From: Polyangiales bacterium
GTDB lineage: Bacteria; Myxococcota_A; Polyangia; Polyangiales; Ga0077539
Length of the DNA: 64,000 nucleotides
Assembly (NCBI GenBank): GCA_044229975.1
Contig: JBGARZ010000014.1
Location: 158,865-222,864 of the forward strand
Reading direction: 5' to 3'
In this document: positions 28,461 to 37,724 of the stretch, piece by piece
Layout of the letters: each line of letters opens with the position of its first letter
How positions within the stretch are numbered: position 1 is the first letter of the stretch
The notes under the pieces: model-generated
What the model was told of the DNA's origin: nothing
The model's database searches: none
What the model saw: only the letters and a program-made list of their open reading frames with translations
Position numbers and translations under genes: made by a program

Positions 28461-30655
28461 GCGGGGCGTCCCCGGCGGCGCAGGGGTGGGCGCTCGCGCG
28501 GATGTCGTGGCGCGGCGTCGTCAACTCGCTGCGGCACCGGCAGGGGGCCGGGGCGCTGGTCGTGTTTCCGCTGCTGCTGACGGTGCTGGTCTTCGAGCTC
28601 GCGCGCTTCGGGGGAAGGGGGGCCGACGGCGTCCGGCGCTTCCTCGCCGCCGCGCCCACCGACAAAGGAACCCACTTCGTCGCCCTCTGGCTCACCGTGA
28701 TGGCCCTCGCCATCGTGGCGCTCAAGTACGCGCGCGCCATCCCTGGTCGCGGCGCCCGACCGCTCTTCGACACGCTGCTCTTCCGCTCGCTGCCCGTCTC
28801 AGCCGTCACCCGCACGGCGTTTGAGCTGCTCGTCGGCAGCACCCACTCGGCGGGCTTCGTCGCGCTCGCCTTCGCGCCCGCGCTCTACGGCGTGGTCACC
28901 CAGCGACTCGCGGGCGCCACCGCCGTCGCGCTGACCGCCGCCCTCGCGGTGGGGGTCAACCTCGTGGCGACGCTCGTCGCGCACGCCCTCCACGCGCTCG
29001 TGTCTCGATTCCTCGGCGGTCGCGCGCTCGACCTCGTGCGGGTGGTGACGGCGTGCGCGGGCTTCCTCCTCGTGGGGCTCTTCTCGACGGTGGGGCCCAT
29101 CGGCGTGGGCTTCGCGCGCACGCTGCGCGTCGGTCGACCGGCGCCCGCGTGGAGCGCCGTGCTGCCGCTGCGCGGGCTCGTCCGCTGGCTGCGCTTCGAC
29201 GACCCCTCCGGGCTCGTCGCGCTCTCCGCTTGGACCCTCGCGCTGGTGGCGCTCTCGGTCGCCGCGCTCGTGTGGCGGGTGCGCGCTCCGACCGACCTCT
29301 CCCTCGACGGCCCGACCTCCCCGACCGGCGCGGGTCGCTGGGAGGCAGGTCTCTCGGGGTGGCGCGCGGAGTGGCGGATGCTCACCCGCCAGGCGCCCTA
29401 TCTCGTACTGGCGACGCCCGCGTTCCTGGTCTTCTTCTTCGCGGTGGTGAAGGGATCGCGCTCGGCGACCGGCGCCGACCTCCCCTTCGTCACGCTGATG
29501 GGGCTCATCGGGTGGGCGATCATCGTCCAGGGAACGGCCCTCACTGGCGCGGCGTCGCGTCGCTGGCGTCGAGTGCTCTGGATTCTGCCCGCCGTGGGTC
29601 GCGACCACCGTGACGCGATCCGTTCGCTCGCGCGCACGCACCTCACCATGACGGCGGGTCTGTCGCTCGGGGCCTTCCTGCCTTGGTGGTTTCTCCAGCG
29701 GCCGTTGTGGTGGTGGTACCCGCGACAGTTCGTCGGGATGCTGCTGGCCATCGCGGTCGGGCAGTGGGCGCAGTCGGCGGCGCTCTTCCTGCTCATCGAC
29801 CCGTCGCCCGATCGGCTCACGGGGCTGTCGGTCGGCGGAGTCTTCGGCGTGCTGGTGACGGCGCTCCCGACGGCGGCGCTGCTGGCGCTGCTCTCGGCGA
29901 TGCCCTTCGCGCGGTGGCTATCTCTGCTCGCACTGCTCGCGCTGCTCGCGTGGGCGATGGAGTCGTCGGCCGTGGCGCGGCTGCGCTGGATCCGCGAGCC
30001 GACAGGCGACCCCGAGGCGCCGCTGCGGACCTGGCCCGCGCTGCGAACCTTCGGCATCGCGGGGCTCGCGCAGGTGGTGATCGCGGAGACCGGCGACGCG
30101 CTGGGCTTCGGCGCGACGACGACGCTCGTGCTGGCGCTGGTGGTGTTTGCGGCGGTGCTGCTGCCGCTCGGATGGAGGGGCGCGCGCTCACACGCCGTCG
30201 CCGACGCAGTGCGCTGGTCGCTCGGGAGGAGCATCGCAACGGGCGTCGGCGTCGGCGTGATGAACTTCGGTCTGGCCCTCGGTCTCGCGCGACTTGCGCA
30301 CAAGGCGGGCGCGGGCGACTCGCCCTTGGCGGCGGCCTTCACGCAGACGCGCGGGTTCACGCTGGTGGCGGTGGCGCTGACGGCGACGACGGTGATCCCG
30401 CTGGCGGAGGAGCTGTTCTTCCGCGGGTGGTTGTTGCCCGCGCTGCGACGAGAGCTGGGGAGCGCGCGGTCGGCGGTGGCGGTGTCGGCGGCGGTGTTCG
30501 CGCTGGTTCACGCGGGCGCGGCGTGGGCGCCGGCGCTGTGGGCGGGCCTGCTCGCGGGCGCGCTGGTGTTGAAGAGCGGGCGGCTGGCGACCTCGGTGGC
30601 GATGCACGTCACCAACAACGCCATGGTCGTACTCGCGGTGCTCATCGGGCGGTGA
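28457..30655 (+). CDS. ABC exporter permease fused to a CPBP (CAAX/Abi) intramembrane metalloprotease
   Basis: ATGA-coupled; many TM helices; C-terminal EELFFRG, FALVH, HVTNN. Confidence 0.85.
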   Translation: MSGASPAAQGWALARMSWRGVVNSLRHRQGAGALVVFPLLLTVLVFELARFGGRGADGVRRFLAAAPTDKGTHFVALWLTVMALAIVALKYARAIPGRGARPLFDTLLFRSLPVSAVTRTAFELLVGSTHSAGFVALAFAPALYGVVTQRLAGATAVALTAALAVGVNLVATLVAHALHALVSRFLGGRALDLVRVVTACAGFLLVGLFSTVGPIGVGFARTLRVGRPAPAWSAVLPLRGLVRWLRFDDPSGLVALSAWTLALVALSVAALVWRVRAPTDLSLDGPTSPTGAGRWEAGLSGWRAEWRMLTRQAPYLVLATPAFLVFFFAVVKGSRSATGADLPFVTLMGLIGWAIIVQGTALTGAASRRWRRVLWILPAVGRDHRDAIRSLARTHLTMTAGLSLGAFLPWWFLQRPLWWWYPRQFVGMLLAIAVGQWAQSAALFLLIDPSPDRLTGLSVGGVFGVLVTALPTAALLALLSAMPFARWLSLLALLALLAWAMESSAVARLRWIREPTGDPEAPLRTWPALRTFGIAGLAQVVIAETGDALGFGATTTLVLALVVFAAVLLPLGWRGARSHAVADAVRWSLGRSIATGVGVGVMNFGLALGLARLAHKAGAGDSPLAAAFTQTRGFTLVAVALTATTVIPLAEELFFRGWLLPALRRELGSARSAVAVSAAVFALVHAGAAWAPALWAGLLAGALVLKSGRLATSVAMHVTNNAMVVLAVLIGR

Positions 30656-30672
30656 TACGAGTCCCATCCGCC

Positions 30673-31614
30673 ATGGGACAGAAGCTCGACCTCGCGCTCG
30701 GTGTCCTCAACGGCGCCGTCGGTGACTACCTCGTTCGCACGGGCAACGGCCTCGCGCTCGACATGGCCTTCCACCGTGACGGAGCGCCCATTGCGATCAC
30801 CCGCGCCGCCCTCTCCGCGGCGTACCCCGCGGCCACGGCGCGCGTCGTGGTGCTCGTCCACGGCCTCATGAACACCGAGTCCATCTTCGCGATGCCCGAC
30901 GGTCGCGACTACGGATCGCTCCTCCGCGACGACCTCGGCTTCACCCCGCTGTACCTCCGTTACAACTCGGGTCGGCCCATCGCCGACAACGGCGCCGCGC
31001 TCTCCGCGCTGCTCACCGCCCTCGTCGCGGAGTACCCGGTTCCGCTCACCGAGGTCGTGCTGCTCGGGTACAGCATGGGCGGCCTCGTCGTGCGCGCCGC
31101 CTCCCACGCTGCGTCCGTGGGCGATGCCCCGTGGCTCCCGCTTGTGCGCAACGCCCTCTACGTCGGGACGCCTCACCGCGGTGCCCCGCTCGAACGCGCA
31201 GGCCGCGTGGTGAGCGCGGTGCTCCAGGCGATTCCCGACCCGTACACGCGCCTCATCGCCGACATCGCCGACCTCCGCAGCGACGGCCTGAAGGACCTCG
31301 GCGACGCCGACCTCCGCCACGAAGACCGCGCGCTCCGCACGGTGCGCTTCACGCTGCGGGACAAGCGGCACCCGGTTCCGTTGTTGCCGTCGATCGCGCA
31401 TCACCTCGTGGTCGGGTCGCTTACCCACGAGCCGTGGGTCGCGGCGCTCTTTGGCGACGGGGTGGTCCCGGTGTCGAGCGCCAACGGCGGTGGCGCGCTG
31501 GGCGCGGGGCTCGACCCGTCGCGGGTGCGGGTGTTTCCGGGCCTCGGGCACGGCGCCATCCCGCGCTCGCTGGACGTCTACGCGCAGCTCCGCGCATGGT
31601 GCGAGGCGCCATGA
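30673..31614 (+). CDS. Alpha/beta hydrolase (PGAP1-like lipase/esterase)
   Basis: VLVHGL, RYNSG, GYSMGG nucleophile elbow, GTPHRGAPLE, GDGVVP, His near the C-terminus. Confidence 0.88.
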   Translation: MGQKLDLALGVLNGAVGDYLVRTGNGLALDMAFHRDGAPIAITRAALSAAYPAATARVVVLVHGLMNTESIFAMPDGRDYGSLLRDDLGFTPLYLRYNSGRPIADNGAALSALLTALVAEYPVPLTEVVLLGYSMGGLVVRAASHAASVGDAPWLPLVRNALYVGTPHRGAPLERAGRVVSAVLQAIPDPYTRLIADIADLRSDGLKDLGDADLRHEDRALRTVRFTLRDKRHPVPLLPSIAHHLVVGSLTHEPWVAALFGDGVVPVSSANGGGALGAGLDPSRVRVFPGLGHGAIPRSLDVYAQLRAWCEAP

Positions 31615-31907
31615 CCGACACCCGGACGCAGCGATGGTTGGGCCTCCAACGACTCGTGCAGGACGCCGTCGAGCACGGGGCCACGGCCGTCGAGCGTGTG
31701 CACCGCGAGACCGCCGATCGCACCTTCGCGGTGCTGGAGGCGATTCCCCCCGTGGCCGAGCCCGCGAAGGTCGTGCACAGCGTCTTCGGCCTGGTGCTGA
31801 CCGGGAGCTACGGCAGCGTGCGGTTGGTCAATCGCGCCGTGGGCGCGGTGCTGCATGCGGTGATCGAAGAGACGACCCGCGGGGTGGGTGACGCAGGCGA
31901 GCAATGA
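31611..31907 (+). CDS. Small helical protein coupled to the lipase
   Basis: ATGA overlap; MTDTRTQRWLGLQRLVQDAVEHGATAVERVH... Confidence 0.75.
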   Translation: MTDTRTQRWLGLQRLVQDAVEHGATAVERVHRETADRTFAVLEAIPPVAEPAKVVHSVFGLVLTGSYGSVRLVNRAVGAVLHAVIEETTRGVGDAGEQ

Positions 31908-31957
31908 TGGTAACCGCCGGTGGGTCGACGACCGCCGCCGACGGAGTCCATTCAGCG

Positions 31958-34129
31958 ATGCGAACGCCCCTGTTTCGAGTGTTGTCGTTGCTCTCCCTGG
32001 CGGGCGTCTCGGCCTGCGGTGTTCCGTCGGAGGGAGATGACATCACGGGCGTGGACGACGCGGGTGTCGCGCGCCGCGATGGCTCCGTGGTGCGCGACGC
32101 TGGCGTGTCGGGTGCTCCCGCCGCGGTGCTCGAGCTCTACCTCCTCGACCTCTGGTCGCAGCCGCTCCCGATGGACGACGTCACGCTCACCGTGACGCTC
32201 GACGGCCAGCCCGTGACCAGCGTGGAAGGCGCTCAGCCCTACGTGCGCCGCATCGACCTGCGCACCCACGGCCGCCTCTCGGTGACGCTCTCGGCGCCGC
32301 AGCACCGCACCCTCCGCGCCGACCTCGACTTCGACGGAACCCGCCGCGCCGACGGCCTCACCGCGCGCCTCACGAGCGATGCCACGGCGCAGGGACTCTC
32401 GCTCACCCACGGCACGCGCACCGTCTCGGGGCAGACCATTCCCCTGCACACCGTTGCGCTCGGGTTGCGGCACCTGTGGTTCTCGGCGCAGGGTCGCCCC
32501 GCGCGTCGCGGCAACCGGGTCGATCTCCTCATGGACGGTGAGGAGGCATGGCGCACCGTGCACGCCGACCTCCAGACGGCGCGGACCACGGTCAACGTCT
32601 CGACCTGGTGGTGGGAGTCGGACTTCGAGCTCATCCGCGACGCGGCGACGCACCCGACGTCCACCGAAGATCAGCGCCGACGCAACACGGTGCTCTCGGT
32701 GCTGGAGCGCTCGCCCGCGCGCAAGCGGGTCATCGTGGGGCAGTTCCTGTCGATGGACGGCGTGGCCTCGACGCTCTCGTCGGACGCGGCGCTGCGGGCG
32801 CACGGGACGCTCGCCAACGACAACTTCGAGTACATGGGGCAGGCCAACGAGACGCGCGGGATGTTCGACTTCGCCGTCGCGCCGTTCTCCTTCCGCGACC
32901 GGGTGCGCGAGACGTTTGCGTCGCTGTCGTCGGCGACCTTCGCGTCCGAGTCGTTGGTGCGGAGCGAGGTGCCGGGGCACGCCGTCGACCTCACGCATTG
33001 GCCCGTGGTCATGGCCGACGTGCAGGCGGCCTCGTATCACCAGAAGTTCATGACCATCGATCAGCGCCTGGCGTTCATCGGCGGGATGAACCTCCGGCGC
33101 GTGGACTGGGACACGTCGCGGCACCGGGTGTTCGAGCCGCGGCGGATGTTGTTCGGGTCGAGCGCGAGCGCGCGGCAGGAGGTGGTGAGCCGCGATCACC
33201 TGCCCGACAACGGACCGCGCAAGGACTACATGGTTCGCATCGAGGGGCCGAGCGCCATCGATGCCGAGTCGGTGTTCCACGAGCGGTGGCAGTTTCTGCG
33301 GAGCACCAACGCGCGCTTCAGCCCTGACAGCTCGGCGTTCACGGTGGGCGATGCGCCCGCGGCGGTGCAGGGCGGGGTGCAGCTTCAGGTGACCGCGACG
33401 CTGCCGCAGCCGTTCAACGAGAACGCCATCGCGGAGACATGGTTCAACGCGGTCGCCCAGGCGCGGCAGTACATCTACATCGAGGACCAGTACTTCCGCA
33501 TGCCGATGATGACCGACGCCATCGTGCGGCGGATGCAGGAGGTCCCGACGCTGCAACTGGTGGTCGTCACCAAGCCGATCAGCGAGTGGTCCGACCCCGG
33601 CTGCGCGTGGACGCGGCGGGTGCACGAAGACCTGCTCGCGCGCTTCCCCAGTCGCTACTCGATGCTGCAACTGCGGGCCTTCGACACGCAGGTGACCTGG
33701 GGCGTCGACGAGACCGAGGCGCGCTTCGTCGACATGGACACGCACTCCAAGATGTTCATCGTGGACGACGTGTTCATGAGCGTCGGGAGCGCCAACAAGA
33801 ACAACCGCGGCATCGTCTACGAGGGCGAGCTCAACGTGGCGGTGTATGATCCGACGTGGGTGCGCGCGGCGCGTCGGCGCATCCTCGCCAACATCCTGCC
33901 AGCGGGCGTGACGGTCTCCGACGATGCGGTGCAGTGGCACCGGCAGCTCCTCGACGCGGCCATCTACAACGACAACGTCCGAGAGCGGTGGACCGACGAG
34001 GGCGACGACCTCGACCTCGACGGCGACGCGCTGCCCGCCGAGTACACCCCGCGGGGCTTCGTGTATCAGCTCCCGATGCGCGGCGTGATGCGCTGCCTCA
34101 TCGAGGACATCGGCCCCGACATGGTGTGA
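31958..34129 (+). CDS. Phospholipase D superfamily lipoprotein
   Basis: Lipobox VSAC; two HKD motifs HQKFMTID...GGMN and HSKMFIVD...GSAN. Confidence 0.9.
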   Translation: MRTPLFRVLSLLSLAGVSACGVPSEGDDITGVDDAGVARRDGSVVRDAGVSGAPAAVLELYLLDLWSQPLPMDDVTLTVTLDGQPVTSVEGAQPYVRRIDLRTHGRLSVTLSAPQHRTLRADLDFDGTRRADGLTARLTSDATAQGLSLTHGTRTVSGQTIPLHTVALGLRHLWFSAQGRPARRGNRVDLLMDGEEAWRTVHADLQTARTTVNVSTWWWESDFELIRDAATHPTSTEDQRRRNTVLSVLERSPARKRVIVGQFLSMDGVASTLSSDAALRAHGTLANDNFEYMGQANETRGMFDFAVAPFSFRDRVRETFASLSSATFASESLVRSEVPGHAVDLTHWPVVMADVQAASYHQKFMTIDQRLAFIGGMNLRRVDWDTSRHRVFEPRRMLFGSSASARQEVVSRDHLPDNGPRKDYMVRIEGPSAIDAESVFHERWQFLRSTNARFSPDSSAFTVGDAPAAVQGGVQLQVTATLPQPFNENAIAETWFNAVAQARQYIYIEDQYFRMPMMTDAIVRRMQEVPTLQLVVVTKPISEWSDPGCAWTRRVHEDLLARFPSRYSMLQLRAFDTQVTWGVDETEARFVDMDTHSKMFIVDDVFMSVGSANKNNRGIVYEGELNVAVYDPTWVRAARRRILANILPAGVTVSDDAVQWHRQLLDAAIYNDNVRERWTDEGDDLDLDGDALPAEYTPRGFVYQLPMRGVMRCLIEDIGPDMV

Positions 34130-34135
34130 CGCCCC

Positions 34136-34999
34136 TCAGTCGTCGAGCGAGCCGCAGTGTGGCGCCACGAGGTCGCCCGTGATGGTCCCCTCGGCGAAGG
34201 TCACCGTCACCGTGAGCGAGACGCTGCCGTCGCGCAGGTAGGCGCGCGGCGTCACCTCCGCCGCCATCGCGCGCAGCAGCGGCGCGCTGGTGAGGTCGCC
34301 GCCGAAGTCGAACAGCGTCGCCGTGATGCCGTCGGTCTGCGGCGTGGCGTCGGAGGTCGCGCGGATGCCGCGGATGGTGAGCGTTCGGCGCGGCGTGGGC
34401 GAGCTCGCGGTCGGGCACGCCGGGTCGCCGCCGAAGTGGGCCTCCACGAGGAGCCGGTCGGCGCCCACGTTGCCGTGCTGCGCCCGCTCGAAGGTCGCGC
34501 GCCGACTCCCGAACATGGCCGCCAGCGCAGTGCCTCCAGCGCCAGCATCGGACATCGCGGCGGGGTCGCGCGCGCAGAACCTACCGATGCCCGAGATGGA
34601 CAGGCAGCGGGGCAGGGCGGCAGGGCAGTCGACGGGCGCGGCGCAGGTGTCGGAGCAGAGGGAGAATGCCCCGTTGGCCTCGACGCAGAGGGCGCTCGCG
34701 CAGTCGTTGCCCGAGGTGCAGCGGGTGACGCCGGAGACGCCGGCGCCGCGGGTTCCTGGGGCGCAGCGGCACCCGGCGGCGTCGTCGCACACGCAGCGCT
34801 CGGCGGTCACGCAGTCGCGGTTGAAGGAGCAGGTCCCGCCGCCCACGCCGCCGTCCTCGGCAGAGACATCGGGCGCCAGGACGTCGATGACGTCGGCGAC
34901 GTCGAGCGCGACAGGGACGTCCGTGATGGTCGACGCGGGGGGAGGGGACCCACACGCCGCGACGGCGAGGACGAGCAGGGCGACGGAGCGAGCAGGCAT
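34136..34999 (-). CDS. Cys-rich lipoprotein
   Basis: Lipobox VAAC; CxxxxDC repeats. Confidence 0.8.
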   Translation of the reverse strand: MPARSVALLVLAVAACGSPPPASTITDVPVALDVADVIDVLAPDVSAEDGGVGGGTCSFNRDCVTAERCVCDDAAGCRCAPGTRGAGVSGVTRCTSGNDCASALCVEANGAFSLCSDTCAAPVDCPAALPRCLSISGIGRFCARDPAAMSDAGAGGTALAAMFGSRRATFERAQHGNVGADRLLVEAHFGGDPACPTASSPTPRRTLTIRGIRATSDATPQTDGITATLFDFGGDLTSAPLLRAMAAEVTPRAYLRDGSVSLTVTVTFAEGTITGDLVAPHCGSLDD

Positions 35000-35015
35000 G
35001 ACCCGTGAGCGGCGG

Positions 35016-36011
35016 TCAGACCTCTTGGATGATGGGCTCGCGCTTCTGGATGAAGCGGTCGATGAGGGCCCAGGCGTCGTTGGAGGCCTGCGTGATCTCG
35101 ATGCCCATGCCGGGCGCGGAGGTCGACTCCGCGCTGGCGTCGCGGCGCCACCGAACGGACCCGCGAAACTCCACCTGGTAGTCGCCTGGAAACTTCAGCG
35201 CGACCTCGCACGCGGTGCCGACGGCGAGCACGGCGTAGGTCGCGACGAAGATGCCGCCGTGGTCGCGGATGTCACCGAGGAAGTTCGTATAGAAGTTGGT
35301 GTCGCTGAAGGCCTCGACCTCGGCCTCGACGCGCGGCAGCCCATGGGGACCCAACGGAACCTTCGCGGCCGTCTCGGGGAAGACGGTCTTGTGTGCGGGG
35401 TCATTCGCCCGCGCGGCGCCGGGCGCGGGCCCGCGGTTGGCGGGTTGGGTGAGCGGCATGGGCTGCGCGGCGGGCTGGGTGAGCGGCATGGGTTGCGCGG
35501 CAGGCTGCGTGAGCGGAATCGCGGCCGCCTGCGGCTGAAACGCCGGCTGCGGAGGCGGCGGCTGATGCACGACCGCGGGTGCTGGCGGAGGCTGCTGCAC
35601 GACGGCGGGCGGGGTCGGCGTGGGGGCGCGGGGCACCGACGGGGTCGGCGTCGGCGGGGGCGCGGCCTTCGCGGGACCAGGGTCGACGATGCCGTGCTCC
35701 TTGATGGCCGCGAAGAGCATCCCGAGGGACTGCGCGATGGCGGCCGTGGCGTCGCTCACGCCGGGGTACGCCTGATCGACGGTCTGCATCTGACCGAGCG
35801 TCTCCTGGAGCACCGAGCGCGCCTGGAAGAGCAACGACGCATCGCCGCTGCCGCGCTCGACCTGGAAGAGCGGACCCATGGCGCGCGCCAGACCCTGCAC
35901 GATGTTGAGCACCGCCGCGGGCACCGCCGGATCTTGCTGCAACGTGGACAGTGAGCTGGCGAGGCGCTGGCGGGCGGCCCCGGCGGTTGCGGCGATGGGT
36001 GTGTTGCTCAT
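35016..36011 (-). CDS. Protein with C-terminal TIGR02266-type (PilZ-like) domain and Pro/Gln linker
   Basis: SDTNFYTNF...GGIFVATY...VRWRR...PGMGIE...FIQKREP. Confidence 0.85.
   Translation of the reverse strand: MSNTPIAATAGAARQRLASSLSTLQQDPAVPAAVLNIVQGLARAMGPLFQVERGSGDASLLFQARSVLQETLGQMQTVDQAYPGVSDATAAIAQSLGMLFAAIKEHGIVDPGPAKAAPPPTPTPSVPRAPTPTPPAVVQQPPPAPAVVHQPPPPQPAFQPQAAAIPLTQPAAQPMPLTQPAAQPMPLTQPANRGPAPGAARANDPAHKTVFPETAAKVPLGPHGLPRVEAEVEAFSDTNFYTNFLGDIRDHGGIFVATYAVLAVGTACEVALKFPGDYQVEFRGSVRWRRDASAESTSAPGMGIEITQASNDAWALIDRFIQKREPIIQEV
35437..35516 (-). repeat. 30-bp in-frame tandem repeat (AAQPMPLTQP, about 2.7 copies)
   Basis: Direct repeats GGGTGAGCGGCATGGG with 30-bp period. Confidence 0.85.
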
Positions 36012-36067
36012 GAGTGCGGGCGGCAGCCTATCGTGCCCGCGGGGGCGCGATCAACGACGCTCGCGCG

Positions 36068-36499
36068 TCACAGGTCGCGCGTGAAGACGAAGCGGTCGCG
36101 GCCGGGGCCCGCGTAGTCGGCCACGAGGTCGACCCGGTAGCCGAGCGCGCGGTGAAACTCGATGCTCCCCTGGTTGCCCGGGGTGGTGATGGCCTTGAGG
36201 CACTTCATCCCGCGCTCGCCCGCGCGCGCCGTGAAGCTCGCGTAGAGCCGCCGACCGACGCCGCGCCGCCGAACGCCCGGGTCGATGCCCACCAGATGGA
36301 TGTACCCGGTCCCCTTCGACGTCATGAACCCGAGCAGAAAGCCCACGATGCGCCCCTCGTCTTCCACCACGAGCGCGTCCTCGCCGAGCTCGTGGAAGAA
36401 GAGCGGGTGCGCGAGCGCCGACGTGGGCCCGCCCCACCACTTGTCGATCACCGAAACGATGAAGCCGAAGTCCTCCTGGGTGATCCCGCGCGTCTCCAT
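36068..36499 (-). CDS. GNAT acetyltransferase
   Basis: YIHLVGIDP..RRRGVGRRLY, N.GSIEFHRALG. Confidence 0.9.
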   Translation of the reverse strand: METRGITQEDFGFIVSVIDKWWGGPTSALAHPLFFHELGEDALVVEDEGRIVGFLLGFMTSKGTGYIHLVGIDPGVRRRGVGRRLYASFTARAGERGMKCLKAITTPGNQGSIEFHRALGYRVDLVADYAGPGRDRFVFTRDL

Positions 36500-36617
36500 G
36501 GGGTCGGCGCCATTGCAGTGATTCGACACCGCCGTCAACACCCTCCCGGTCGTTGTCGCGGTGCGTCGTTTCTGGGGATGGCACCGATCGTCGATGCCGT
36601 GCTACTGGAGTCGCGTC

Positions 36618-37280
36618 GTGCTGCTCGTGCTCGGATCACTCTTCGGCCAGGGGCTTCTTCACGGGGTGGGTCCCGACCACTGCCTGGCCATCGGCGCGCT
36701 CGCGTCGAAGGGCGGTCTGCGCCGCGCGGTGGCGGTGAGCGTTCGCTTCGGTCTCGGCCACATGGTGGTGCTCGGGTTCTTCGCGACGGCGGCGGTGTTG
36801 GCGGGCGTGGTCATTCCCGCGCGCTGGGAGTCGGCGCTCGAAGTGGTCGGCGGCGCGTCGCTACTGGCGCTCGGGTGCTGGACGTTGTTGAGCGGCGCCC
36901 CGGGCGAGGCGACGCATCACCACGGCGACGGCGTGATGCACGCGCACGACCTCGCGGAGCACGACGCGGCGAAGCCCGCGGTGCGTTCGTCGCTGACGAC
37001 GCGGGGGCCCTTCTCGCTGGTGGCGGGCGCTCTCTTCGGGCTGTCGGGCGTGCGCAGCCTCGTGCTCGCGCTGCCGCTCATGGTGCAGCGCAGCCCGCTC
37101 ACGCTCGTGGCCGGCGTCGGGCTCTTCGGGCTCGGGGTGCTGCTTTCCATGGTGTGCGTCGGCTACCTCACGCAGCGCATCGCGACGGCCGCGCATCGCG
37201 CCGAGCGCGGGCTGCGCGCGCTGGTGGGTCTCACGTCCATGGCGTGCGGCGCCTGGTGGGTGATCGACCACATCGGGTGA
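36618..37280 (+). CDS. UreH/NiCoT-like nickel/cobalt transporter-type membrane protein
   Basis: GLLHGVGPDH, FGLGH, His-rich loop THHHGDGVMHAH; GGAG RBS before the GTG. Confidence 0.78.
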   Translation: MLLVLGSLFGQGLLHGVGPDHCLAIGALASKGGLRRAVAVSVRFGLGHMVVLGFFATAAVLAGVVIPARWESALEVVGGASLLALGCWTLLSGAPGEATHHHGDGVMHAHDLAEHDAAKPAVRSSLTTRGPFSLVAGALFGLSGVRSLVLALPLMVQRSPLTLVAGVGLFGLGVLLSMVCVGYLTQRIATAAHRAERGLRALVGLTSMACGAWWVIDHIG

Positions 37281-37345
37281 GCCACGGACGCTCACTCGGC
37301 GCGGGCGAATCGTGGCAGGCTGGCGCTCGGAGGACAGTGAGCCCG

Positions 37346-37708
37346 ATGAGACAAACAACCTGGTTGGTGGCGCTGACGGCGGTGGTGTTGGCCTTCGGGT
37401 GCGGCGACGTCTTCGACGACATCCTTCCCTCCAAGGGGAGCTGTACGATCCCGTCGCCGCGCGCGTGCACCGACTACACGGGCAGCGCGTGGAGCACCCC
37501 GAGCAGCGGCAGCCGCGCGTGTGCCGCGGTCGGCAACGGGGCGACCTACTCGTCGGCGGCGTGCTCGACGTCGGGCCGCGTCGGATCGTGCGTGGTCAAC
37601 AGCGGGCAGGCGTCGGAGGTCGTCATGCGCTTCTACCCCCCGTCGACGACGGCCACGGCGCAGGCCATCTGCGGCATGCAGTCGGGCTCGCGCTTCGTCC
37701 CCAACTGA
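37346..37708 (+). CDS. Small Cys-rich lipoprotein
   Basis: MRQTTWLVALTAVVLAFGC; six further Cys. Confidence 0.8.
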   Translation: MRQTTWLVALTAVVLAFGCGDVFDDILPSKGSCTIPSPRACTDYTGSAWSTPSSGSRACAAVGNGATYSSAACSTSGRVGSCVVNSGQASEVVMRFYPPSTTATAQAICGMQSGSRFVPN

Positions 37709-37724
37709 CACCTCCCCCACCACC

